Shown one piece after another: positions 1 to 11,834 of a DNA stretch of 64,000 bases (positions within the stretch are counted from its first letter, which is position 1; the number at the start of each line of letters is the position of its first letter). Below the pieces are notes generated by a model. The model made no database searches. It worked only from the letters and a program-made list of their open reading frames with translations, and was not told the DNA's origin. The DNA is taken from NCBI GenBank assembly GCA_026023565.1, contig JAPETS010000012.1, forward strand, positions 1 to 64,000, in the 5' to 3' direction. The position numbers were made by a program, and so were the translations under genes. The DNA is from Cirrosporium novae-zelandiae (Eukaryota).

Positions 1-250
1 CCCCCCCCCCCCCCCCCCCCCCCAAAAAAAGCTAAAAATAAATAAATCTTGATATAAAAACGAGATTGTATAAAATAGGTATTTATTTAGAGCTGAGTGA
101 GAGGTGGAATTATGAGAGAGAGCGTGTTGTGGGATATAGGAGTTGGGATTTGGGATTTGGGATTTGGGATATATAACCTAGCTCCATCATACCACATTCA
201 TTCATCATCATCATCATCATCAATCATAGAGTAGTTTTCAACCAAGCAAC

Positions 251-1957
251 CTAATTCCTCAACCTCTCCCCCTGCCCCTTATCCTCCCCCCTCAAAACCC
301 CCTCGGTAACCTCGACCAAAACCTCAAAAACCCGTTTCAGATACTTCTCCTCGGCCCTCTCATTCGCACTCACAACCCGAATAACCTTCAACCCATCCAC
401 AACACTACTAGTTAAAAACGCCTCCCCGCGAGCACTCACGGCTTCGTATACTTTTTTCGTGAATCTGTTGCTTCTTTCTACCTCTGGTTCCCCCCCTTTA
501 CCCTCCCCCCCAGTCCCCACGACTCGAAGCACAGTCAACGCAAACCCCGGCCTCGTAACAATCCCAAACAAATCCCCCCGACCCCTCACGAGCCCTGCGA
601 AATACTCCCCCAACCCCACCGTCCGTCGGATATGGTTCTGCAGGCCCGAGACCCCGTAGGTGCGAATGACGAACCAGATTTTCAAAGAACGGAAGCGGCG
701 GCCCAGCGGGATTTGCCAGTCTCGGTAGTCGGTTACGAGGCCCGAGGTTGAGAAGCGGTTTTGGAGGTAGGGGGGCGTGATGGAGAGGGCGGTTGTTAGG
801 TGGGTGCGGTTTTTGATGAAGAGGCAGCTGGAGTGAGGGGAAAGGGGTTAGTTTTGAGGGGTTTTTTTTTAGTTTTAGGGTTTTAGGGGGGAGGGGTGGA
901 TGAGTAAGGAAAAAAAAACATACCTGGCGTCAAAGTTCGTAAGAAGCCATTTATGCATATTCATATCAAAGCTATCGAAGCTCCCCAGATGCTGTACTAA
1001 ATGCTGGTACTCTGGACACACGAGCGCAGCCCCAGCATACGCCGCATCCACATGCATCCAAATCTCCGGATAACTCTGCATGACATCCTTAATCTCCCCG
1101 AACCGGTCCACCGCGCACGTAGCCGTAGACCCAAGCATGGAGTTGAGAAAAAATGGATGCAGGCCTTCCTTTCTGCACTGCTCGATGACGGTCCGAACGC
1201 TCTCGCCTCTCATCTCCAGGTTGTCGTCCAGTCGGCATGGGACCTCGCGGTACCGCGTGCCAGCGATCATGCTGGCTTTTTGCGCGCAGCTGTGGCTTTG
1301 ATCGCTTCCCAGCACGACGAGCTTGGACCGTACCTCGGAAAGCTTGTTTTCTTTTTCTGGGGATCCCTCCGGTAGGTCTTTGGTTATGTGGCGGAGATAC
1401 CGTTCCCGTGCTGCTACGACCACGACGACCATGGCTTCGCTTGCGCTTCCCTGGATGACGCCTCCACCTCCGCCTTCACTTGTGCTAAGGAAACATTCTG
1501 GGAGTCCTAGCATTTGCGCAACCCAATCCAGCACCACGGTTTCTAGCTCCGTGATCGCGGGACTGCAGATCCAATTGAAGGCTGGGGCTGTAAAGGCCGC
1601 GCTGTAGAGCTCTCCGAGCATCCCGGGGTAGGTACTGGTCGCTGGAAAAAAAGCCATGAAGTTGGGCGATTGCCAGTGTGTGAGACCCGGGAGGATTTTC
1701 GAGGATAGGTCTGGCTGAATTGTGTTCCATGGTTCGGGGTTGAGAGGCGGAGAGCTGGGAAGTTGTGGGGCTAGGTAGCCTGGGGAGATTGTGGGAAGAA
1801 CGGGACGTGTTGGTAAAGTTTCATAGTAATTGATTACTGCGATAATTGGATTCTTGTTAGCAGAGATTCATGAATAAGTAGAATGGAGGGGGGGGGGTAG
1901 AGGCGCACTTTCGTCAATGGCCGCATGCGCAGCTTCGCGGAATTGGTTGGAATCCAT
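251..1957 (-). CDS. PLP-dependent aromatic-L-amino-acid decarboxylase (group II). Exons 1957-1909, 1836-924, 827-251
   Basis: Spliced translation starts MDSNQFREAAHAAIDEIINYYETLP; motifs THWQSPNFMAFFPA, FNWICSPAITELE, HVDAAYAG, NMHKW (PLP lysine), RDWQIPLGRRFRSLKIWFV; GT-AG introns restore frame. Confidence 0.93.
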
Positions 1958-2013
1958 AATAATAAACGCAATCTAACAGCGGAATAGGACTGCAATCTAG
2001 AGGTATCGTATTG

Positions 2014-2043
2014 TATGCGATGCGATGCGATGCGATGCGATGC
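2014..2043. repeat. (ATGCG)n pentanucleotide microsatellite in the decarboxylase 5' region
   Basis: About six tandem ATGCG/GCGAT units read directly. Confidence 0.85.
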
Positions 2044-2368
2044 GCGCGACGAGGAAGCAGAAAGCAAAAATAACGAGAAAAACAAAAAAGAAGCAAGAAA
2101 AACTCCAGGCCGTTCTGTCTCTCTCTTTTCCTTTTATAGGCAAACTTATGTAAAGTGTGTGCTCACGAAATATTTACAAATCCGATGTGAGACTTTTATG
2201 TCAAGGAAACTCGCGGAAAGCGTTGACGTATATCGAGGGGTATTAGGCGGTTAGAATTCCGCTGTTGAGTTACGAAAGTCTGTAGTGTTACATGCATGTG
2301 GGGGAAGGGCGTGCTGTGGGATTTGAATCATTTTGATTGATCGATTGATTTGTTTTGTTTGTGGGTGA

Positions 2369-2399
2369 GATAAGATATGATAAGATCCGATAAGATAAG
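2369..2399 (+). promoter_or_regulatory. Cluster of four GATAAG (GATA-factor) sites upstream of the decarboxylase
   Basis: gataagatatgataagatccgataagataag; a TATAAAAG lies on the minus strand at ~2131-2138. Confidence 0.45.
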
Positions 2400-3181
2400 A
2401 TTAAATATCGCCATTTGGATTCGGTCGTTGGCATGAAATGCTTCGGCAGTTTCTCGGTAATCGATCAATTTTTTCTCCTTGTCTCACGCCCCTGACCAGT
2501 TTTTGAGTCATTCCATATTGTCGCAGTGCGGTTTCGGATTAATAGGTAGATGTTAAAGGGTGCCCTGTATATACATAACGATGTAGTATACATTAACTGC
2601 TGTTGATTATGATAATGTCATGGTCTGTATTCGTGTTATTCACAGTATTCATGATTAGGTGAAGTGAAATTTTTGGAAATAGAAATGGAAGTGGACGTGG
2701 AAATAGAATGGAAGCGAAGTGAAATTGGAAGAGAGATGAAGAGGGCCCAGTGTGAATATCAAGGAACCAAAAAGTCATCAGGGGAAAACCCAAAAAATTC
2801 AATTACAAAGGAACCTCCTCTCTCCCTAGTGCTAAGTTTGAGAGCTCATGAATTAACTATCTTATATGATATAATTTATTTGGTTGCATTCCATTTCCAA
2901 TAAAACAAGACAAGTGAAGACAGACGGCATTCTTCCTTGTGCCTCCTGACGCCAGGTTTCCTTCCCACTGTACGCCAGCCAGCCAAGTTAGAGCATTATT
3001 TGTCCCATGATCCTATGATGATATTGTAGTCGTCAATCCCTTATCCACTCCCTTGACTCCGAAGCCTTGTTCTTGATCCTGTTCCCTCTGGCTTCCCGAG
3101 TCCCCCTATCCTTTTAGTAGCCTTGTGTGTCTGACCTAGATGATCGTAGGCATACGTGGATAGTTCGTTATAAATAACCTT

Positions 3182-4523
3182 TCAAGGTCCATTCAAGGCC
3201 CGGCTATCAGCATATCTCTCCTTCTCCTCTTCCAGTTCACTAATAGATGCCGTCTCGGATATGCTATTCTTCGCGCTCTCTCGGTTGACAACCACATCCG
3301 TCGTTTTGACGATGCGGCCCTTGAAGAAGTCCGACTCCATGTCCGGCTCCCCGACAGCGCCCTTTAGGTTATCGTTCTCGTCGACAGAATAAACATTGAC
3401 CTTTCCGTTGCCACTCTCGGAGAAGGATTCGTCGAACGGCTTACCATAGCCTCTGCTGGCATTGACGCTGAAGTGTACGCCTTTGGAGGTGCCCAGATCG
3501 TGGCCGCTCTTTATGGTAGTGAGCTCGGTAGATGGGAAGTAGCCATTGTGGCTTCGGCCGGTGTTGCCACCGGATGTTGCACCTCCGGATTGAGTTTGAC
3601 GAGATATGCTGGAGATGAGATCGGCCAGGGACATTTCGATGTTGAGTTTGACGAGATATGCAAGAGGGTGGAATTGTACGTCTATCAGATAGTTAGAAAA
3701 GGGAAAAGCAAAGGGATGGAATGAGACGTACAAACAAAAGTATTTGCCAAAGACATGGTACTGATGATTAAAATCTGGGGGCTGGTTAGCTCTACACCTT
3801 CGGTATCTTGTAGAGATGACAAAAAACTTACATCCATAGCCAATGAAAACCCAATAATCATAATGTTGAACTTGACCAGCGGTTGATACTTGTTCAATCC
3901 CCGACTGACCAGCTTCGCCTGAACAAGATACATGAAATACATGTTCAACGCCGCGTCAATAATCAAGTAAATGCATTTCTCACATCGATCCCAGATATCG
4001 TTGATGTGAATAAACTTTTCGGAAATCTGAAGACGGGCGGGGATCCAGATGGAGTAGACGGATATATTGATGGCCGTGATGATCACGGCAACCCAGAATT
4101 TGATCCACCAAGCCTTCCGACGGTTGATCATAACCAGGGCCACTCTGTTAATGATGATTTGCAGTAGCATCTGCACCTGCAAGCTCCAAAGGGTGATGAT
4201 AGCAAAATAGAAAGCAAAGCTATCGATCATCAGTCTCCTTTTCTTTCAAGTGTATGAGATGGAATATACCTTGGTGGGATATTCCCATTCAAATGTAACC
4301 AGACTATGATACTGAATACCGCGGAATCAATTAATTCCAACCAGATCATCCAGACATAAGGCCTGTTCAAATCGGCATTGGATTGGATTGTGCGCGTCTG
4401 CCTGATCACCTTCCAGGCGGTGAGGAAGCCGAAGCCCAAGGTAAAGCCCCATCCAATACTGGCGATATCCATATCGGCCCGGGTAACCACCATGGGCACA
4501 TAATTGGGAGGAATAAGAGACAT
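3182..4523 (-). CDS. Fungal multi-pass integral membrane protein of unknown function. Exons 4523-4270, 4219-3832, 3774-3732, 3681-3182
   Basis: Three ORFs joined by GT-AG introns; about 7 hydrophobic segments (GWGFTLGFGFLTAW, LWSLQVQMLLQIIINR, WDRCEKCIYLIIDAALN, YVQFHPLAYLVKLNIEMS) plus a Ser/Gly-rich tail. Confidence 0.82.
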
Positions 4524-7500
4524 TATGAAAGAGCGCTGTCAGGTCGTAAGGAATGGACTACCCAGGTTCGATCGGATGTAGGAGCTGAGGGTATCAAGAA
4601 TAACAAGAGAGAGACAGTGTGTCAACCCGTAGAGTGAAGATTATAATAAAGACATGAACATGATCAAAAGAATCCAGGTTATGGTATCACAACGGTTCTG
4701 TTCGATGATGATATAGAAAAGCAGAATCAATGGTTATTAGGAAAAGAGTCTAGTCGACGGAAGCCCGGGCGAAAAGGAATCACGGCTGAACTTTGATAAG
4801 AATCGAAAGCCGTCCCTATGTTTTGAAATAAAGTGTAGCTTTGGAGCTGATGAATACGCTGTCATGATGGTACATGAAGAGAATTTTTGGTCCTGGCCAT
4901 TGTCCATTGTCCATTGCCTGGATTGCATTGACCATAGGTTTGAGCCACAAGCGTGGATAGGCCTGAGTTAAAAAGAATTGATTGACATTGTATGGCCAGC
5001 AGGGGAAGGCGTAGCAGTAAATCGACGAGGAGTTACTTTTTGAATTCCAGGGAGAATTAGCAAAATTCATTTACTCAATAACAACAACAGCAGCGGCAAG
5101 AATATGTAAAGTTTGATGGACCATGAGAAACCTTGTCAGGGGCACCAGTTTGGTTATTGTCAAAGTGGAGAAGGTTTCGCGGAAGACGGAGAGCCAGAGG
5201 AAGAAGTTCAAAAAGAGGCATAGCTCAAAGGAGTAGTATTGACTTTTGTACCATTTGCGGGGTAAGCGAATCATTTGCCGCCCTGGTCGATACTTGCAGT
5301 CAAAGATTATTCAAAAGGCTCTTGAATTACCAAGTTAGGCAGTAGAACCCTGTAATATTCTGATATCCAAGAAGACCCCAAGGGTTCAGAGCACTCAGGG
5401 AACACACTTTTGTCATCGGTCGATGATACCTCTGCGTAGCCGATACTTTCCAAATCAAAGGATCTTTCTGCGTCTTGAACGTCACTTGAACTCTTCAACT
5501 CTTCCACTCTTGATTGTTCAGAAATAATGTCATGGTACCTGAGTTGATGTGGTGATTCTCCTGATGCTAGTAGGGGCAGCTGAAGGGATATCTGAGTTTT
5601 CCATTCCAATTAATGACTACGTGTATCTCTGCTGTCGATCTTGGCCAAAAAGGGGCTAGAGGGGTGGAGTATGCGGGGGACTAGCCGAAACCTTACTTGG
5701 TGGAGCTTCAAGTCCCCCAAACTCAAGATCCCACCCCCAAGACCCCAAGACCCCCTAAGGGCCAAGGCCCAACGTACTTGGTACGATCCATTACTAAATA
5801 AATTGTCAGCATAGCAAAATCTTCACGCCGTCAAAACTCCCAATCAGCCATGGTCGCAAAGGCGTAAATGGTCAGGATGTAAAGCCAGGTCAAATCAAGC
5901 TAGGGCTAGAGATTACCAAAACGGGAAATCATTGGGCTGCTGGAATCTACCTAGGTAGCCATACCAGCCTTGAGCAATAATACCTAAACTTTGTGCCAAT
6001 TTTTTCACTGTCCAGCTGGTCATCCGTCATTACTTACTACAGCCAGATTGCAGTTGGATGGAGCTTCCATTGGCCTCGACAACCCATCGACCTACCATGG
6101 TAGTCCGAGGCAATACATTGATCAATATTGTCCCATGTGCCTCCATGCTCTGGTTCCCATCATTCCCATCCGTGTGCCCTGAGTGCCTGACAGAGTGTAG
6201 CCTTCCGTGCCTTCCCCTGGAATTACTCCTGATATGTAGTTATCCCGTTGGCATCAGTGGCGCCCAGTCCAGGAAAATCCCTGTGGCGTAAAATTCCCTT
6301 AGATCCACCAGACTAGCTGCCCATGGGAAATTCACCAACTTTCCTAATTTTCAAGTCATCGACAGTCTCGCCCTTCACGTCTGACTTTGACATTGGTGTC
6401 AGTTTCCAATGAAACGCTCATTTATTCCCCTGACCATTCAACCAGTAAGGAGCAATCAGGGGGTCCGATTTCCAGGAGCTCACTGAAAGCTGATCAAGAT
6501 TCCTAACGTTCGCTACCAGTGATGCGCGTCCAAAATTAGGTTCCTGCTAGCCGCCCAAGGTTTGTATAGCCTAGTGTTGTCTCCAAGGTTCTCATTCATT
6601 GTTGTAAATTGGAAAGCCATCCGTGGTTACGCGATCGGATCGTGGCATTCATGGTTCCATGCGATAACAGATCTTTGGCGGAAATGGAATGGATCAAGAG
6701 CTTCTGACATTGCAGTAGGGGCGAATCTATCCGGTTTTTACATTTGGGGCGCATGTTTGTTGAGCTTCGAGGAATTTGAGACGCAATGACCGTTCCCTGA
6801 TCACAAGAATAGAAATCAGAGCCCCCTATCACAAGCAGATACCTGTTCACTGTTGACCCAGTCAACTGGAGCATTGAGGTCCATATCCACAGCCATGGTA
6901 TCTCTCGCCCAAGACAAGCTTCCAAGGTTTCTGCCACATAATCCGCCTTCGAGAGACGGTGCCCCGTGGGTTTCTTCCGGTTCACCCGGGTGCTTATTGA
7001 CAGTATTAGGTTCACAATTGGTGCCGGATCGACAGATTGTTCCTCCCCTCTCCCAATCCATCGGCGGCGATGGATCCATCCTACGAGCCATCCGTCTAAA
7101 TCTCCACTCTTGACAAGCCGATTATACTTCCGTTCCTGGGGTCAGATATTCCTAGCGTGCCTAACTGAACTCCAAGATTAACCAGTCAATCTTTGATTCC
7201 ATTTAATCGGTCTTCAACATTGTCCAGGCGCCGAAAGGGATAATTGGATGTGTCATAGGTTGTGGTGTTAATGAAGATCAGCCCATATACTACCAAGCTA
7301 TTGTATATCAGTGCATCCTCACGGATCAAGCATTGCGCCGTCAACAAATATCAACATGAGCTCTGGCCTGGAATCAAAAGGTGTAGCGCAATTTGGTGGC
7401 TCGAAGAGATGGCTAACTTTATAGCCGATACGTATATAGCCAATCAAGGAACCGTGTCGCATCCTTGGTGATATCGGAGTCGATTCTATCCAAAACATTT

Positions 7501-8159
7501 GCTTGTCCAGATAGGGAGTTTATAGTATCAACTATTAAGTTGAGTCCAGATGATCAGGCGCATCACAATTATTGAATGCGATGTGTCATTTGCCCTTTGG
7601 GAGATGAATCTCACGATGATTCATCGTTAGCGGGGTAATGAGTGGTGAGGTTATCATCTCTTCGATCGGTCCTGGATTAGCTGGTGAGTTGCAGATCCCA
7701 AATCCAGAGGAATCATCGAACAGGTGAGAGAAGCTTTCGTAAGATTAATGGAGGTGTAGGAGGTTTGGTGTAGCTTGTTTAGCAGGCGAATTGTTGGAGG
7801 ATTTCGTCATTCAGGCGTAGCTACTCGGTATGAATTGCTGTCTACAAAGGTGTTTCAGAGTGGATTCGGGAGGGGGTGCTCCAAGAGCTTCTCGAAGGCT
7901 TCTCGAAGGAAAATAGATGCGGTTATCCATCAGGGTAGTAAAGGTTGTCGTGTGTTTGAAAAGGGCAATTCAGCTTTTTGTTGGTTGTCACATGGTGAGA
8001 GATCTTCAAGTGTGCATGGTAAGTGTATCTTTTTCCTTTGACTCGCAGGCGTTATATTAAGACGGGCCAATGGACCCGACGACCTCCAGGATTACCCGAG
8101 CCGTAGGACCGAAAGGGGTCCCATTGGGTTTAGCCTTGCATTAGCAGACATCTGAAACG

Positions 8160-8819
8160 AGATAAGATCATATCTTTATTCTCATGTATTAAACACATTA
8201 TTCGTACAAAGTACAAGAAATGTAATAATGATGGATAAAATTCTACATTCTCTTCAACATACATACAACCCTAAAAAAAGAAAACCCTCACAACCTCACT
8301 CACCTCAATCCAAAATCTCACCGAATATCATACTCAAACTACAAATCTATTATCTAGTCTAGTCCTGAGAGTTTTTATCCTGAAACAATGTTTATTACCA
8401 AGAGACTTGGACTACTTCTTTCTCTTTTCTTTTTATATAGAGTTCAATTTTTTCTTTTGTTGGAGTATTTCATTATATACATACTTGTACTTGTACATGT
8501 ACATGTACATGTATAATGCTGCTCCATAGATAGCTTGCCGTTAACTGTTTCCCGTTTTCCCCGTTTCCCGTTGCTTTGCTTTGCGACATGATATATACTT
8601 TTTTCCAATTACATTTATACATACATACATCTATCACCCAAGTACCTAGGTAATTAGGTAGGAAGTCTGCGGTGAAAAGAAAACCCTTATGGTACCTTTA
8701 CCTTTATCTTCACAACACCGTTTTCACCGCCATTTTTCTATGAAACTACTTTTTGTTGATGGAGGGGTTTTTTTTTCTTTCTTGGAATGCTTTGGATAGT
8801 TGTTTATCTAAGTTTACTA

Positions 8820-8859
<40 letters not shown>

Positions 8860-9820
8860 TAGGGGATTTGGTATAGATAGATAGATGATGAAAGGGATGA
8901 TGATAACGGTTATCTATTTATATATATATATATATTTAAAAAAAAAGGCCTTTATTGCAGAGGAAGAGTAGCAGTAGGAGGAGGAAGATATTTGTTCACT
9001 ACCACAGGTGTTTCCTAAACTAGTCGCTTAACTAACTAACTAGCTAAGTTGACTTATTGACTAGAAAATAATAGATATGACAGCAGTTTGACATCTGTCT
9101 AACTACCAGGGTACTTTAGTAGGTTATCAACTAATTATCTAGACTATGTATGTTTTTTTTTCTGTAAGTGGGGTGCGGCTTGGGGTGGTGAATTACCTAG
9201 TTTTTTTTTTTGGTTTGATGAGGAAATTTAATTATTTAATGATGGAGAGAGAGAAAGAGAGGAGCGGTGTGTAAGTACGACGTTTTTTAATGAATTTTAG
9301 TTATAGTATGTTGGATGAATGGATAAAACTGAAGGAGGATAATGATGTACGTATGTACTTGATGATGGTTCACGAAATGAAAAGGCGGTGTTGATGACTC
9401 CCAGGAAGAATAATATTTCTTGGATTAATTAGTTTTAAGCTCAAAATCGGATATAATTTCATAAGCCAAGATTTTTTTGGTTTTTTGAAAGAAAAAAAAA
9501 GTTAGAAGGAATTTTACACACATACCTATCTATCTATCAAATGGGTGAAATACCATCATCCGTGATACGGTGAAGATGTGATAGAAGCATATCAGGGCAT
9601 TCTCACAAATGTACTTTGTAATGAAGAAAAAAAGGCTCTCTATATTACCTAGGTAACTAGGCACTGTCAAATGTCAAATTCAGTGAAAAGAAGCTTAGTC
9701 CATTTATTTTTGCCAATAAATTAGATTCATTCCTACGGAATGATTTTATGTGATTGGTAATATACACAGTACATGTATAATGCTTATAAGTAGGAAGATG
9801 CCATGTCCTAGTTCCTGTCT
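8160..9820. repeat. AT-rich low-complexity intergenic tract with microsatellites: (GT)n ~8823-8856, (TA)n ~8918-8935, poly-T/poly-A
   Basis: Read directly; no ORFs in the supplied track. Confidence 0.85.
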
Positions 9821-10003
9821 TGACACATGCCCCGTTTCCCTATGTCTACAGACGTAAATATGCATATCCATTCCCATAACCAAATCCTATACTCGTGTAA
9901 ATGCAGCAGTCCTCAAACTCTTTTTTCTTTTTTCATCTTCTCCCTTCACCTCCTCACCTCCCCCTTCCCCTTTCTCTCATATTCCCAGAAAGACAGACGG
10001 CTG

Positions 10004-11834
10004 TTATATAAACCCGCCTTTGAAATCGATACGTGTGCCAGGATGTTGCTTAAAGACACTCGGAGTAGTCGAATTTGTCTTTGACGTCATCGTACTAGCA
10101 ATCCTATCCTTCTCGGTTTGTATTTCCTTTTCCTCGGTTGGAAATGTCATAGCCTTTAGGTTAGGAAAAGGCGTAGGGGGTTTGGTTGCACTATCACTCT
10201 CATCACTACTCTCTTTTTGCATTTCTTTCTCTTTCTTCTCTTCGTTTGGAAGTGTCATAGCCATGAGGCCAGGAAAAGGCGTTGGAGGCTTGACTGTCCT
10301 CGCACTTTCATCACTACTTTGACTTCCATGCCTCTCATCCTTCCCGTTCCCACCACTCGCTTGCTGACCATGTCCACCGTTCCTCCCGCCTTGATGGGAA
10401 AGAGATCCATGATATGTATGGTACCCACTATCCTTCGATGCTTGGGATTTACCGCTGGGGGTCCGGCTGTGTGCTTTGTTGTATGTGCTCACCGGTACAG
10501 GAGGAGGCTCCTTATATCGAAGGTCTGTTCTTGAGGATGCTCTACTTCCCGATCTCGAGTGCCCCCGATGGTTGCTTGTTTGCGAGGGATTTCTCGAGTG
10601 CATTTTTCCTCTTTCGCCTGACTTCGCCTTCGAGCGCGAATGTCCTCGGAAATGCACGATATTCTTTGGATCCTTTGGAGGAGGTGGTGGTGGAGGAAAT
10701 AATGAATATCGTTCTCTAGTTGGAATTGTGGTCTCAGCACTTGTAGCTGGTCGAGGCGGTACGTCGGGTGCGGGTTCTCCTCGCATTTGAGCTGTCAAAG
10801 GAGTAAGAGGCTGTGAATTCGATCTGGATCTTCGTTTGGGTTTCGATAATCTTCTAGATAGCTTCCGCTTTGGTTGATCTTTGGCCTTGTCAGATGGGGA
10901 TCCTTCATCTACATCTCCACTCCCTTTCATATGAAAGTACTTGCCCTTGGATCTTGTTTCGGGAAAGTCGGCACGCGGCTTCGTTATTGGATCGAGGGTA
11001 TAGGAACGTGAATGCGAGTGAGCAGACCCCGATAGCAAACCGCCGACTTTATGCAGTGAAGAAGTGCTTGAGCATCGAAGTGGATTCGTCCATGAGAAAT
11101 GCGGATCTTTCTTGATTTGTAGACCTGGAAGTGGACTAAGGTGTCGGACTGCGGAGCCGGTGGAAGTGGCGAAAGAAGATTTGGATTTAGGTGTTGAAGG
11201 TGACGGAGAGGGAATGAGATGTGGAGTACGACAGCGAGTAGAAGGATCATTCTCAATTGCTTTTTTGGTTATGTTTTTCGGAGAAACGGGCTCGAGATCC
11301 TCAACCACCTCTCCATTATCGTGATTTACCGTTTCTGGTTTTGGCCACAGACTTAACGGTGGAGGCGCTGGTCCTCTTCTTGACGTCTTCACTATGACCT
11401 GAGAATTCCGTGGCGACCACGGTGTTATCAAACTTTTCTGGAGAGCCGTTATTGGTGGCGGTGGCTCGTAAGAGTATGCGTCTGGGGGTGGTGCCTCTTC
11501 TTTGGTATCAGGTTCGAGCATTTCAAGAGGAAGATTATCCATAGGAGATGTTGGAGTCTGGGGACGACGACGGTGGTGCAGGATGAAGACTCCCAGAAGA
11601 ACGAGGAAAACCAACAAGGCTGTAGGGAAGTTATTAGTATGCTATGCACAAAAAAACAGCAATTCGGCCAAGTTGCAGAGGTTGTCGACACGACATACCT
11701 GCTGAGCCAACGACAATTCCAGCAATAACACCATCCGACATGCCCGCGCCATGATCGCCATGGATATCGGGTTGCTGGCGCTCGGTGACTACAGCACGGT
11801 CATCAAGACCGTTAATTCTTCTACCCAACTTCAT
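10004..11834 (-). CDS. Single-pass membrane protein with long Pro/Ser/Arg-rich disordered tail. Exons 11834-11699, 11619-10004
   Basis: GMSDGVIAGIVVGSA|ALLVFLVLLGVFILHHRRR transmembrane segment is formed across a GT-AG intron, followed by the 537-codon ORF. Confidence 0.75.

Noticed and set aside
873..888. Telomere-like TTTTAGGG x2 (and TTTGGGA repeats near 143-170)
   Set aside because: Too few units; located in an intron or 3' flank as part of local low-complexity skew
251..4523. Secondary-metabolite cluster around the decarboxylase
   Set aside because: No synthase, tailoring enzyme or pathway regulator nearby within the window; the left flank is not visible
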